In this document: in pieces, positions 1 through 13,749 of the stretch
Numbering within the stretch: position 1 is the stretch's first letter
How the letters are laid out: the number at the start of each line of letters is the position of its first letter
Origin: Kudoa neothunni
Taxonomy: Eukaryota > Animalia > Cnidaria
Length of the DNA stretch: 64,000 nucleotides
Assembly (NCBI GenBank): GCA_964304625.1
Contig: OZ199838.1
Location: 5,111,487-5,175,486 of the forward strand
Reading direction: 5' to 3'
Program-made: the position numbers and the translations under genes
The notes under the pieces: model-generated
Databases searched by the model: none
The model's input: only the letters and a program-made list of their open reading frames with translations
Told to the model about the DNA's origin: nothing

Positions 1-1086
1 GGTCAATTCAATGTTTGTTGAAAAAAAGATGGAGATTACAAATGTATCCGACTGCGTTCGGATGAAAAATTCTCAAAATTTTAAAGTTATTATTTTGAGC
101 TGAATTTTTGCTCTCCATATTCTTATATTTTATTACCAATAATTGCGGAAAAAGAACTGTGAAAGAAGACGTTTTTTAGGTGCCGCATACTTCACCATTA
201 CCTGATATTTTATTTACAGGTCTAATGAATATTGCAAACCTAATATGTTCTTATACTATTAAATGGTGAAACGCGTAAAGATTTATAAAAATAAAAGAAT
301 GATTTTAAAGAGCCAATTTAAAAATATCATGATACATTTTAATGCGATTTGACACACTATTCTTCATTATATACTGGGTTTAAAAAACGAAATTTTATTG
401 GTATCGGGGAAACCCTAGTTGAGATCCTACAGGGTCAGTGATAATAGTTTTTGACCTTTTTCGCATGCGTTAAAATAGCCCTCCTGCATATTAGGGTATG
501 CGTGATCTAATTTGTGAACTAGCGCTTTTTTTCAATTGTTATATTTCTATGTTAAGCACCCCCTAAAATTTTTATAAGTGGTATCTTGTGCAAAATGATT
601 ATAAGGATATGGATATATTTTTGAATGATATTTTCAAATTGTTAAACAAATTTTTCTCAATTTTCGTGATGACGTGTAATATATCTCAATAATAATTTGA
701 TGGACGTTTACATTATTTAATAATTTCTAATATTTGAAGTAATTACACTGTAAGGTGTAATAATAATTTGGGCGTAAATTTTTAATCTTATAAATGAGTA
801 AACTAATGAGAAATTTTGATTGTAACTAATCTTATACTTTGCTATACAATATTTAAGTTAAAATAAAATAATATTTTTCTTAATGAATAAATATTCAAAT
901 ACATTAAATTTATTTTTAAGTAAAAAATATACTAACACCAATTACGAGATTGACTTAAGCAGAGAGATTTTAAAAATAAAATTAAGCTGTGGTGATAACG
1001 AATCACCAGTACAATCAATTCAATGATTACGTGTACTAAAAACGTATCGCCCATGTTCACACAAACTCGGAAGCGAATTCATTAAG

Positions 1087-3625
1087 ATGAAACTAAAATT
1101 TCTAATTTGCTTATTATTTTATCGATTGATGATAATAGCAACGTAAAAAATTATTATTTGTTTTTTTGCATGATAATTTGTCACAGAGAGAACGATTTGG
1201 GACCAACCACCATCTCAATTCAGCCCCTATTAGATTTTGTTCGAATTATTTATTGAAATTACGTTTATTTGAATACATTTAGATCAATCGAGATATAACC
1301 TTGGATCAGTTATTGGTTGAAATATCGGCCGAGGCGGAAAAGGGTAGCTGGATTGGTCATGTTGTATATTTTTTGTTTTGTTCTTGATAATCACTTACTA
1401 ATTTAGTTAAAATCATGTTTAAGTTACTCAGGTGTTGGTGAATCGGAAAATATATTTGTGGCATTGATACATCAATCGTTGTCACAGGATTTAATTTCCA
1501 TGATAGCTCTCGTAAGGATTTTTCAGTAATATCCAATTAAACGTAATCGTTACTTTTTTTCTAGAATTATAGACACATGATGGGGTTTAATACACCACAT
1601 TCTAAGGTGATAGCCACCAATGGTTTCTATGAAATATATCAATCACGTAATTTTCTATTTTTACAATCATGTGAGATGCGTATTGATTTAATAAACACCA
1701 ATCCACGTATAGTGAAACAAAATCTCAGTATGTTTGAGTATGTCGACATGGGCAACATGATTTTTCATGAGAAAAAAGATTTAAAAAATGTCAAATCTAT
1801 CCTGTTTCCTAGTGGCAGTTTGGCAACATTAATAGTTGAATTGGAAGAGAATTTTGAAAAAGACAAAGCTGTATATTTCTTCTCTTAAAACTAATTCATT
1901 TATGTGTTTTTTACTTATAGATAAAAATATTTAATGATATATTATTTTCTGACAATAACGGATTCTATAAACAGGTAAAAAGAATTTTATTATTGGTGAT
2001 GATGATTTCGTTATAGTATTTGTATTCGATAATTGACACACTTTATTTCAGAGGTTATTCCAAACAAGCTCAACTATTTTCGAATTTAGTATGTGATTTT
2101 TTATTGGTTTCAATGTTAATGGGGGAGGGCTGATTTTCAATTCGATTTTTATTGATTTGATTCGATAGATGGATCTAAAGTATAAGTCAATCGAATATTG
2201 GTTACAAAACAAAGACACATTAGCCAGATATCGTGATTTTGCTCATAGTTTAGCCGTTGATGTAATTTTTTATATTACCTTATACACCAAAACTTATTGA
2301 AACTAATTTATTTGTAGGGAGATGTAACCGCCTCCACTATCTACGCTGTTACTTGTTACTATTTGGAAGATAGAAATTCAACTGTTATGGATAAAGCTTT
2401 TGAGTACCTTTTATATGCCTACAATTCCAAATATAGATTTTCTTATTTTTATATGGGCTTGTTTTATATTGGTAAATTTTATATGCCGATTAATCATCTG
2501 ATTAACTGATTCACTATTATTCTAGAAGGAATTGGCTTTTTGAATTCCGACAACCAAAAAGGTTTGCATAGCTTAAGAGAAGCGGCTGGTTTCGGTATTA
2601 TGTACCCAAAACTCCCAACATTTATTAATTGGTATTATGTAGGATGTCTTAATGCGTTAGCTTATCTTGCTGAAATGAATAATGCTGGTATCGGAATTTT
2701 CTCCGATTCGGAAAGTGCTGCTGAAGTAACATTTTTAAATATGCACCTTTTCATTTGTGCAATTATCATATTGATGTATGACTGTTAATTTGATTGATTA
2801 ATTTTTATATTAGTTGTATCATATAACCTTGTTGCATCTTGCTGGCAAACCATTTAAAATGAAATCTTTTGAGGCTATCCACAACAAAAAATACACTCAA
2901 GCACTGTTGAATATGCTCGTTTTGTTGTATATGGGCGACGAGAAACAAGGATATAACGCAGCTACTCTTCTACGCTCTGGTTCTATCCAATATATCCCAC
3001 CAGAGAAACAAAAACGAATCAATTTCCGACTTTTGAAACGTTCTTCTAATATCGGTAATTTTTCTCGATTGTTAGATATGACATATACGTTGTTGGATTG
3101 GGTTGCTGATTTTGATCTGTCTAGGCTTCAAAGATTCGTGGGTCAAACTTGCTGATTGTTATTTCTATGGGAATGGAGTGAAACAAAACTACTCCGACGC
3201 CTTGCTTGCTTATACCAAAGCGTTCTCTAATAAGGACTACATTGGAGCATACAGCTTGGGTTACATGTACCAATATGGCCTTGGAGTAGATAAAAACAAT
3301 GAAATGGCCAAGTATTATTATCAACAAAGTGTTTCGTATGAACCAGGTGCGGAAATCCCCATTTATTTTCTCTCATGGCGAACTCGCCTCGATACTACCA
3401 TTTTTTCGCTCTCAAAAGTAGTATTGATATTATTTTTTAAAGTGTTATATTTATTTATAATTGTAGAAATATGAAGAGTTTTCCACATTGTCCATAATCA
3501 AAAAAATTCATTTTATACAAAAAAATTTGCGCGATGTTTCACTGATTAATTCGGTCGCACTATTGTACACAATGTTTACACTTGTTACCATTTGTGTGGT
3601 ATGGAAACGACGTATCAAATTCTAA
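1087..3625 (+). CDS. SEL1L: SEL1L/Hrd3-like ERAD adaptor (Sel1 repeats, signal peptide, C-terminal TM); multi-exon
   Basis: ATG at 1087 gives hydrophobic MKLKFLICLLFYRLMIIA. GT-AG introns 1143-1186, 1239-1282, 1361-1406 and 1512-1564 join to MIAL|NYRHMMGF (cf. SEL1L MALGYRY). Sel1 repeats include VKLADCYFYGNGVKQNYSDA and AYSLGYMYQYGLGVDKNNEMAKYYYQ. The last exon encodes TM VALLYTMFTLVTICVVW followed by KRR, stop 3623-3625. Internal exon boundaries were not all resolved. Confidence 0.8.
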
Positions 3626-3756
3626 ACTGCCTAATTTTATACCGAGATGTATAACAACTTTGTTTGAAATGCATTTTATTTGCAGCTGTACTAAAATAAA
3701 AACAAATTAAATCACACTTTACACAACAATAACTCGTTTATAGTTGTTTTTAAAGA

Positions 3757-4342
3757 CTACGTGGCTCGTGAATTGTCCTTGACAACTTTTTTCAACTTCT
3801 TGAACCGACATTTCCTGTGTTCTGGAATGTATTTCACGTCTCGCACTGACGAGAACCTAACATGACGCTCGTCATCGTTTTGTTCCTCGTCGTCAGTGTT
3901 TTTCGTGTTATAGTCGTTTTTTTTTTCTGGCTTTTTTAATATTGACCTATAAGAATACGTATTATAAAATATAAACATTGATAAATTATATTTAGTTGCT
4001 TAATTAGGGTTCTATCAAAAAGATTGAGTAACAAGTGCATAGTTACTTTAGGACGGCATCGTTTGGTGATATGGAGCCTTGTTTTTGCAGGTTGCTGGTG
4101 TTATCGCCCTGTTGATAGTTAGATGAGTTGTTCGAACTTGACCCAATATCAAGCTTAATCTTCAAATCGTGTTGTGTTCGTTTGTTAGATTCATCTGATG
4201 TATTCGGCTGGTTTTCCTCATCCATCATACATTCTTCAACTTCATGCTCTATCACTATTGTGGTAGGTGGTGGTTCGTTGTCGGGGTAAGTTTTTGGTTG
4301 GTTTTTTCGGCTGAACCATTTGAAAAACTTACCTTTCACCAT
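3757..4342 (-). CDS. Small disordered protein with PP1-docking SILK and RVxF motifs; 2+ exons, start uncertain
   Basis: ORFs 4043-4405 and 3757-3978 join through GT-AG intron 4046-3947 to give VLKSILKK...ERHVRFSSVRDVKYI. First in-frame ATG is at 4342; the frame stays open to about 4410. Confidence 0.55.
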
Positions 4343-6515
4343 ATCAATGTATAATTGATTCGCTCGAGTTGCCAACCTTTGATAGTACCATTCAGGCGCG
4401 CTCAAATCTGACTGTTACCAACCTAATTGATTATTCTTTTCATGCGAAAAACCTATTCACATTGAACTACACTACGTCACACTCTTCCGTGCCTTTGTGT
4501 AAAAATATATTACATTTTCACACCAGCAATAAATTGGTTATTATATTTATTAAATTGTTTGCTATATGATAATCAGTTGTCAAAAATAGAATGAACCAAG
4601 CTCTTGCTATTCATTAAATTTTAATCTCGTTCAATAATTAGCTTATTCGTGGTTTCAACACATATTTTTCTACAGCTGTATATTTGAATATTATTCTTTA
4701 TTAATGAAGCAAAGTAACCATTAAAATAAAATGATAAGTATCATTTTTTAGACTCTAAGTTTCTAGGTAACTGCGGCTTCCGAACATATTCGCTAAAGTC
4801 AAACAAATCTTCAAAAAATTTAGCGTAGTTAAAGCGTTGTTATTTTAAATCATCAGTTTATTCAACTAAAGTCAAAGATTAATTTTTTTATTAATTAAAG
4901 AGAATAAATATGTTTTGAAAGGAAAATTTAAATAAATTATTAAAAAAGTAAGACATTACTAAATGAATCCTCATTCGGCTGAAAAAATTATGAGAAGAAT
5001 AATACAAATTTAATAATTTTATAAAATTAATTGAAATACAAAGCTTTTACTATTTGACAATCGTGTCAGACCTATGAGTGTAAGAATCTATCATGGCTCA
5101 ATGCGGAGTGATTATCGAAATTAATTGGACGATTTTTCTCATATAAACGATTGATAACAATGAATTTCAATATTTTAATAAAATTACCCTTATGTAAATA
5201 TGGATAATTATCACTTACAAAATTTAGTCATGTGTTTTATTTTGAAATATTCTTTTTTCAATAATCTGAGAGAGGGCAATAAAATCGTTTAGTTATCAAT
5301 TAATTGTAGAAAACTTCTTTCTGCGCTAAATTATTAATAAAAAATTGAAAGTAAAATTTAGTATAAATGAATAATCATATATACAAAATTTGTCTTTAGT
5401 TAAAAAAGAATTATTTATATAAAAATTTGCCTAATAGAAATGAGTCATCTTTTGTGAATTTTTAAATTATTTTCAGTTTTACTTCTCTTATAAGTGAACT
5501 ATTCAATTTGATCATTGATAAATTATTCTACTCAGATTTGAATTGAAACATTTGGTACGAGATCCTAAATCACTTTGTATATTATGAGTTTTGGAACGTT
5601 TACATTGAATTAAATGTATAATCTAATAAATTTAAAATGAATAAGCTTTTAGTCTATAATTTTTTTAATATGATTAAGGTTTAAGATAATTTTATTAAAT
5701 ATTAAATTTTAGGTAAAGAATTTTTTATTTAGAATCGCTTTTTCTTGGAATTAGAATTTATAGTTGGATGGTTAACCATGGCTCCTAAACGAAAGAAATC
5801 TTTTTATTTGTTTACGTGAGATCGACGAAAACCACATTTTTAAGCATTTTCTATTCTATTCAGTTGCATATATTTATAGTCATTAATTTCTACACGGTAT
5901 TATTTTTGATTAACAAACGAATATATAAATTTTCAAACATTTTTGGAGCTATTACAAGTAAACTTACGTGATTCAAACGATTATTGTATACACTTTTTGG
6001 AATTTCTAATTTTTGGTGAAATAGTGATTTCAATCAAATTATTATGCAAGTCTAATAGCTAAAGTGTTTCAAAAATAAAATAATTATAAAAAAAATTGTA
6101 TACCATCTAAATTGAAATTGATTTGTTTGTAATTAAACTTGCTTAAATGAGAAAAATAACACAAAGATAAAAATTTTTCCACAATTTACGTCGAAATTGA
6201 TCCATTGGTAATTAAATTTATTCAAGTAAGAAAAATAAATCCATTAGTCCACGTTTTCTAACTAATATTTTGATTTTCATATTCATTTGTTATAAAAACT
6301 GAAATATTTAATCATTGTGATATAAACACACAAATTAATATACAAAAGTTTAAAATCATGCATATAATTTTTTTGATAAATTCCTTAATATTCCTTGATT
6401 CTAAATTTTTTCATTAATTGTTCTTAATTAACTTATATTAACTATTTTACCTTTTGTAATCTCAATTACCCAATTTATGAATTTGAGGCGAGACTAATAG
6501 ATAGCCGCTTTATTT

Positions 6516-6987
6516 ATGAAATACTTTCCAACTTTACTATTGAGAGTTAAGCGTATGATCCTGTAAATGCTAATATATCTTTGATGTTTTTCTCCTTCAG
6601 GGGTTTCCGCTTCCACCGTTGAACAACGCAACATCCAAATCAAAACGGTATATTTAAGGCTACACGCCTGAGATTAACATGGCATAAGCCAATAGGTACT
6701 TCTTTGTGCAAAACTAATGTATGCTGATCACAACTTAGTCAACAAATTAATTCAAATAAAAACCAGCGATTTCCGTATGTAATAAATAAAAATTGATTAA
6801 TATACATTGAACGGAGTGGGGTCCATAAATCAATTAGAACTGCACATTGGCGATATAGTATAAATACTGCACAGAAAATTCGAATCTGAAACTAATTTAA
6901 TCTTTTTCAATTATATTCAAATGTAATAATTTAATTTAACGACATTTTAATCAATCTCCAAGGATTGAATGTACAAAATACCAATAG
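6516..6987 (+). CDS. Putative small spliced gene, unknown function
   Basis: ATG 6516. Two 48-nt GT-AG introns (6553-6600, 6648-6695) keep the frame: MKYFPTLLLRVKRVSASTVEQRNIQIKTVLLCAKLMYADHNLVNKLIQIKTSDF. The 3' exons are ambiguous. Confidence 0.35.
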
Positions 6988-7554
6988 CTTTTGGTCACAG
7001 ATAGAATACACCAACTTCTTAGGCTCTTTATAATGTGTAACGAATTCTTATGATATAAATTAATTTATTCACATTATCTAACTTATTTGTTAATTAACGG
7101 ATAATAACTCACCAAAATCATGAAAAATGCATAAAAAATTTCTTTTAACTAAAACAAAGAAATATTTTAATCTTAACCTTATTCAACTTAACGAAGATAT
7201 ACTGTATTTAATCTTCTGTGACTTCAAAAAAATGTTTGCCACGTGATACCACTTAAAGCTCTAATTAGGTGAACGTATTTTCAAATTATTGAAAGACATT
7301 ATCAAAAATTAATAAACCCCTATGTACGTAACATCTAATGAATTGTCTCGACTAAAATTAAATTTTACTACAAAGTAAAGAGTAGTAAAGGATATGTCAT
7401 GCATATTTCAAAACTTGGTTTGGCCGGTTCATTTAAAACCATAAGAACAAACCATAAAAAAATAGATTATTGACACCTGCTCTTATATGCGACGTCTTTA
7501 GCGGTCGACGTAATACCTACTTAACATCGCTATAATAAAACTGTAAGTATTTAA

Positions 7555-7927
7555 CCCATTCGGGTTTTATGTATCGAAAATGATACAGCAGTATTTCGAG
7601 CGTACATCTGTGTATAAATAATGTATCTATTTCTTTTCCATTTTTATTTAACTAACAAACGAAAATTATTTATAATATAACGATATAAATGTAAAATTAT
7701 TTGTTCGGAAGTTTTATCGACTCTTTTTCGCGGTTCGCTTAAGTGTAGGTATAAGAACGAAAAAATGTTTCTATTGCGCTAGAAGAAACTACAGCAACAA
7801 AAATATATTATCACTGGAATTATTTTTACATTATATTCAATTTAAACATCATTACTAAACTGATTGCGGAAATAATATACTTTAAAAGGTGAATCATTTT
7901 CGACACATAAAACTCACGTGTTTTCGG
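7555..7927. mobile_element. TTAA-flanked piggyBac-type MITE or subterminal segment
   Basis: TTAA at 7551-7554 and 7928-7931. Imperfect inverted repeat 7562-7589 (GGGTTTTATGTATCGAAAATGATACAGC) versus 7888-7915. Confidence 0.55.
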
Positions 7928-8055
7928 TTAACCCTCAAAATGAACATCAGTGAGTATTTAAAATTACCTGTAGCAATCGAAAATTTAGATAAAATTTGCG
8001 ATAACACATGCTGATATTGTTGCATTTCCGCCTGACAATTTTGGTATAGTTACTG

Positions 8056-9340
8056 ATGAAGAGGACAGTTATATTCCCATCGGCGATAACATCATCAGAG
8101 ATAATAATATCCATGATATTTCGGGCCATGTTGAAATATTTATTATTTCAGGAGACCCAGAAGAAACAGAATTTAATGAAAAGGTTTTATGGAGAAAATG
8201 TACCAATTCAATATGATTTATATACAGGTTTTTTTTAAATTAAATGATATTTTAATAAAATTTAGATTCTTATGAAATATATAAACAATTATTTGATGAC
8301 AATCTTTTATTAGAATAGTTAAGCTGACAAATATTTACTCTCGCCAGAGAAATGATTATGACTTTCATGTATCTGTCGATGAAATGAAAAATTGTATAAC
8401 ATACTTATATTATCAGGTTATCATAACTTACCAAGACAGAAAATGTACTTGGAAATTGCTGAAGACTCTGGCGTCCAATTGGTCAAAAGAGGCCATGACT
8501 TTAAAACGTTTCACAGAAATCAAACGTTATGTACACTTAGCTGATAACAATTCAATCGACGTACGCGATAAAATGGTTCAACTAAGGCTGTTATTCGATA
8601 GATTTAATGTCAATTTTAAAAATTTCGGGTTTTTTGATAAAATATTATCAATTGATGAACAAATGGTGCCTTATTTTGGTATGCAGTCGGACAAAATTTT
8701 TATAAACGGCAAACCAATAATGTTCAGATTCAAGTTATGGATTATGGCCAGAAAATCTGGTTATATATACAGTTTCAAAATTTATTGCGGTAAAGAAAAA
8801 GTAAATAACCAACTTTGTCTCGGTGAGAATGTGGTTTTAAATTTTCTAAAGGATATTGATGATTTAAGTGAAGTGGATCTTAATATCGAAAATTTCTTTA
8901 CATCCGACAAATTACTGAAGTTGTTAACAGAAATGAGTGTCGCTGCCACTGGTACAGTAAGGCCGAATCGAACTGGGGAATGTCCTCTCCTATGCTCTAA
9001 TATTTTTTCCGAAAATAAAAGAGGAAATTTTGAACAATATTAAGATTCGCATCAAGTTTATTGCTCCCAATGGAATGACATGAAACCGGTTATTATAATG
9101 AGACATCACTAAACATATTAATCATTAGTATCCATTAAAAGCTACTCCAAAAATGATAACAAAAATATAATTATTGGCCAGCCTCAAATGATACGTAAAT
9201 ACAACAAAAGCATGGATGGTGTTGATTTGGCCAATAATGTTATTGCCAATTATAGAATTATCATAAGAGGAAAAAAATGGTATTGGTAAACTTTCATTAA
9301 TCTGATATCCATGTGTGTTGTTAACTCTTGGAAAATTTAT
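8056..9340 (+). pseudogene. Decayed piggyBac (PGBD2/3-like) transposase
   Basis: Motifs AMTLKRFTEIKRYVHLADN, LSIDEQMVPYFG, KPIMFRFKLW and ATGTVRPNR. After a stop it continues QWND, YNKSMDGVDLAN and KKWYW*...VNSWKIY. There are in-frame stops, and the DNFF catalytic motif reads ENFF. Confidence 0.9.
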
Positions 9341-9983
9341 AATTCTCTAGCATACTGACTTATTGATCTTTTAGAGCACACCAGCTCAATCGTGTCAAAT
9401 TTGATAAAACCATCAAATGATATACCCAACAAGAGAAAATAAAAATTATCTCAAGTTATCAAATCTTACATGTGCCCAGAACCCCTAAAAAACTGATAAA
9501 TGCGGGAAAAGAGTGGGATGCTCCACCGGACTCCATACATTATGCTTCGCCCTATTTCACAGCTGACGAATATTTTTCAATATTGTCGTACTAATATAAT
9601 AAAAACATTTATTCTTATATAATAAAATTAATTGATTTTTATTTTTTGTGCATGCACTTACATTTTCGATTCATTCATAAAATAGCAATACTTTTTTTAA
9701 CCTATTATCTCAGTTTAATTTTATATTCAAATATTTTTCTGTTAAAAGATATAAATTTAATTCCTTCATTTTTCATTGTAGAAAATCAGAATAGTACATT
9801 AACAACCGCCACCTACAGCAACGCCATGACAAAAATAAGCAAACACTCATCATAAACAATGAGAATGAAAGCCGCGCGCAAATAAAAACAAATACACAAA
9901 CAAGTGAACAACTAACACTAGTGAAATCTATTAGAGAGTCATTACAAAGTTGGAATAATTAATAGGTGACCCCCAAATGAACT

Positions 9984-11951
9984 TTAATCGACTTCCTCAA
10001 TAGTAGGGCCATCACCACCGCTTGGGGGAGCTCCGGATTGAGCACCACCAGGGAAACCTCCAGGCATTCCGCCGGGCATTCCACCGGGCATACCTCCAGG
10101 CATACCACCAGCAGCTCCACCACCGACTTTGGCCATGATTGGATTCCACACTTTCTCAATCTCCGATTTTTTGTGATCGAACTCATCCTTCTCGGCGAGT
10201 TGATTGCTGTTAAGCCAGTCGAGAGTTTCGTTGCACATGCTAATAACCTTTTCACGTTCGGCCGCATCAATTTTGGATTTCAGAGACTCATCATCAGCAC
10301 TAGTTTTCACATTAAAAACGTATGACTCGAGTTGATTTTTGGCTTCAACACGGACACGTTGTTTATCATCCTCATCTTTGTATTTCTCAGCCTCGGAAAC
10401 CATTCTCTCAATTTCCTCCTTGGACAAGCGACCTTTGTCATTGGTGATGGTGATTTTGTTCTGTTTGTTGGTGGATTTATCGACTGCAGACACATTGAGG
10501 ATACCATTTGCATCAACATCGAAAGTGACTTCAATTTGAGGCACACCACGAGGAGCTGGAGGGATACCAGTGAGTTCGAACTTTCCAAGAAGATGGTTAT
10601 CTTTGGTCATTGTACGTTCGCCTTCGAACACTTGAATCAAAACACCTGGTTGATTGTCAGCATAGGTGGTGAATGTTTGAGTTTGTTTGGTTGGAATAGT
10701 GGTGTTTCTTTTGATAAGGTTGGTCATAACTCCACCGGCAGTTTCAATACCCAATGACAGAGGAGCAACATCAAGAAGCAAAACATCTTGAATGGTCTCG
10801 TGAGTATCACCCTTCAAAATGGCAGCTTGCACAGCGGCACCATAAGCAACAGCTTCATCAGGATTGATCGATTTGCAAAGCTCCTTTCCATTGAAAAAGC
10901 TTTGAAGAAGAGACTGAATCTTGGGGATACGAGTGGATCCACCAACCAACACAACTTGGTCAATTTGACCCTTGCTGAGTTGAGCATCTTGAAGACACTT
11001 CTCTACTGGAGAGACAGTGCTTCTAAAGAGATCAGCACAAAGATCTTCAAAGCGAGCTCTGGAGATCTTAGAGTTGAGATCGATACCCTCGTACAATGAA
11101 TCCACTTCGACAGAAGCTTCGCTGCTTGAAGAGAGTGTTCTCTTGGCTTTTTCGCAGGCAGTTCTCAATCTTCTCAAGGCACGCTTGTTGCCACTAATAT
11201 CCTTGTTGTACTTTCTTTTGAACTCAGCCATGAAGTGATTGACCATTCTGCTGTCAAAGTCTTCACCACCCAAGTGAGTGTCACCACCAGTGGATTTTAC
11301 TTCGAAAACACCATTGTCAATGCTGAGAATTGACACATCAAACGTACCACCACCAAGATCGTAAATAAGGATATGTTGTTCCTTTTCGGTTTTTTTGTCA
11401 AGACCATAAGCGATAGCAGCAGCAGTTGGCTCGTTGATGATTCTAAGAACCTTGAGACCAGCAATCTGGCCAGCATCTTTGGTTGCTTGACGTTGACTGT
11501 CATTGAAGTAGGCTGGGCAGGTGATGACAGCGTCCTCCACTTTACCACCCAAGTAAGCCTCGGCAGTCTCCTTCATTTTCACAAGAACCATAGCAGATAT
11601 TTCCTCAGGAGAAAATATTTTGGTTTCGTTCTTAAATGTGACCTTTATCTTTGGTTTTCCATTGTCACTGATGACAGTGAATGGCCAATGTTTGATGTCA
11701 TGTTGAACAGCTTCATCATTAAAGTTTCTGCCAATCAAACGTTTCGCATCGAACACTGTATTCGATGGATTTTGAGCAGCTTGATTTTGTGCAGCATTAC
11801 CAATCAATCGTTCAACGTCTGTGAAAGCGACATAACTGGGGGTTGTTCTGTTGCCTTGATCATTAGAAATGATTTCAACTTTGCCGTGTTGAAATACTCC
11901 AACGCAGGAATATGTAGTTCCAAGATCGATACCAACGGCCTTACCACTCAT
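9984..11951 (-). CDS. HSP70: Cytosolic HSP70 (655 aa, intronless)
   Basis: Signatures [23 protein letters not shown] and [18 protein letters not shown] repeats, and C-terminal GPTIEEVD. The true start is MSGKAVG at 11951, not the TTG at 11987. Confidence 0.98.
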   Translation of the reverse strand: MSGKAVGIDLGTTYSCVGVFQHGKVEIISNDQGNRTTPSYVAFTDVERLIGNAAQNQAAQNPSNTVFDAKRLIGRNFNDEAVQHDIKHWPFTVISDNGKPKIKVTFKNETKIFSPEEISAMVLVKMKETAEAYLGGKVEDAVITCPAYFNDSQRQATKDAGQIAGLKVLRIINEPTAAAIAYGLDKKTEKEQHILIYDLGGGTFDVSILSIDNGVFEVKSTGGDTHLGGEDFDSRMVNHFMAEFKRKYNKDISGNKRALRRLRTACEKAKRTLSSSSEASVEVDSLYEGIDLNSKISRARFEDLCADLFRSTVSPVEKCLQDAQLSKGQIDQVVLVGGSTRIPKIQSLLQSFFNGKELCKSINPDEAVAYGAAVQAAILKGDTHETIQDVLLLDVAPLSLGIETAGGVMTNLIKRNTTIPTKQTQTFTTYADNQPGVLIQVFEGERTMTKDNHLLGKFELTGIPPAPRGVPQIEVTFDVDANGILNVSAVDKSTNKQNKITITNDKGRLSKEEIERMVSEAEKYKDEDDKQRVRVEAKNQLESYVFNVKTSADDESLKSKIDAAEREKVISMCNETLDWLNSNQLAEKDEFDHKKSEIEKVWNPIMAKVGGGAAGGMPGGMPGGMPGGMPGGFPGGAQSGAPPSGGDGPTIEEVD

Positions 11952-11988
11952 TTTACGACGTAAACTAGCGTGACAACGCGAACCCAAA

Positions 11989-12030
11989 TATATATAGTGT
12001 GCGGCGTTCTAGAAGATTCTACGGGTTTCT
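11989..12030 (-). promoter_or_regulatory. HSP70 promoter: TATA box plus heat-shock element
   Basis: TATATATA at 11989-11996. Perfect three-unit nTTCn-nGAAn-nTTCn (GTTCTAGAAGATTCT) at 12006-12020, plus an in-phase tTTCt at 12026-12030. Confidence 0.88.
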
Positions 12031-12921
12031 AGGGTGTAGCCGATCATTATCGATTAATCTACAGAAACAGCCGTGGTATATTTTAATTGTTTATAATGGT
12101 TAACTTAGCACTCATCAACTACTATGAATGCATGCATGCTTCAAAACATATTGCTAGTGGTAAATTATGTGCTTGCGCACTTGTTTCCTGGTAATGTTAT
12201 CAATTAAGTGACACGAGAGGATTGTCGTGATCAGTCGGTTGGATTAAACAAGTTCATACAACGATCCATTCCTAATATTTTAACGACTTCCAACTATTCT
12301 AACATCATTTCTTATTATTTAATTTATAATGATCTAAATTAAAACGGTTTATTACATTCAATAAAAACCACCCTAATTCCTTGGTAACAATATCGATCAC
12401 CCCGTGTAGTGTTCATTCATAAGTGGGTCTGTTTCCGCCCTATTTAGTCAGTACGAAATCTATTGAATTATAAAACCATGCAATCTTCATTATTATTATT
12501 ATTATAATTTTGATTGAAAGCAAATAATAGCTTTAGTTAGTTATTGATTGTCAAATTCTTTGGTGGAGTTTTTTCATCTGAATGTTTAGTCTGTTTATTT
12601 TTTTACGTTACCACAGTTTTACCCAGGAGCTTCCATATTACCTTGGACTTAAACACTTAGTTAGGGATTAGTTGACTGTAGGAAACCTACGACTTTATTT
12701 TGCTGTTATTTTTAGGTAGAATTTTCTGATTCGGTTAATTTTTAATGTTTAATAAATTAAGAATGAGGGAGGAACCATCATAGCACGGATAATCACGTTC
12801 AAAATGAGTATTGTTATCATCGGGCTAGAACCGAGTGACAAAATTGTACATATCGTCGTGGCACTAGAACAGGAGGTTTTAAGGGCATTAGCTATTGACA
12901 TGTAAGTTATTAATCCCAAAT

Positions 12922-13525
12922 CAGGGCTGCCAGCGGGGCTTTAAAGAACCAAAGGATAGACGGTCAAAAACCTCAAGTTTAAGTAAAAAACCCAAGGTCG
13001 AGAAAAACATTAGTTTATTGTACAACGAAATTCTAGAATCGTATCTATTAAAGTTTTTAGCCTTCTTCCGATTCTATAATTATGTCATAAGATATTAATA
13101 TAAATTTATCGTCTTATTATTGCAATTTTTTGGCGCGAGCACTCGCTCGTACTTAACGTCTAGTATTGATCAATATATTCACAATTAAATACTTCATAGT
13201 TCAAGATATATTTTGAAATAACGTTTAAATTTTCCAATACTGTGCAACAATGTTTACCGAATAATTATGTAATCGTGCCACGTTAAGCAATCGGAAGTGC
13301 TGACGTTCAATACCGTAAATGTTTAAACCTTGCATGATATAATCTGAATAGAATACGTTATTAAAAATATAAATATTAATGCCGGACATAAACAAATGTG
13401 TGTTGTTATTCAATGTTTACAGGGTTTCAATATAAAACCAAGATTTTGTAAAAAATGAAAAAAACCCAAAGTGACCTTAAAAATCCCAAGAACTTGGGGT
13501 AAAACCCCAAGCCCTCGCAGTCCTG
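12922..13525. mobile_element. Non-autonomous hAT element (MITE)
   Basis: Termini CAGGGCTGC...GCAGTCCTG, 8-bp TSD TCCCAAAT/TCCCAAAA (7/8), and subterminal AACCC(C)AA repeats. Confidence 0.8.
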
Positions 13526-13667
13526 TCCCAAAAGGCAACTACGCTTGCGCGATATCCATTTTTAATCACGTTAACTCCTATTATAGTTGATCCATAAAGT
13601 TTATTTATTAGAATCTGCTGTATTTCATTATTTTTGACCCATCGCTATCTCTCCTAGGGATCAAAAA

Positions 13668-13749
13668 TAATTAAATACAGTCAAAGCTATACCTACCAGG
13701 AATTATGATCCGTGTCAATAGCCATTTTCTTTTTGGTGTGACCGTTGTG
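13668..13749 (+). repeat. Dispersed repeat copy 1 (TA-CAGTCAAA pogo-like terminus); copy 2 at 40571-40653
   Basis: TAATTAAATACAGTCAAAGCTATACCTACCAGGAATTATGATCCGTGTCAATAGCCA aligns closely with 40571 onward. Confidence 0.7.

Noticed and set aside
6516-6987. Mitochondrial ribosomal protein uS17 assignment
   Set aside because: The resemblance (KTV...HIGDI) depends on an uncertain exon, and the expected C-terminal frame could not be joined.
10038-11963. Several plus-strand and alternate-frame ORFs over HSP70
   Set aside because: Antisense and shifted-frame shadows caused by HSP70 codon bias. This is a well-known artefact.
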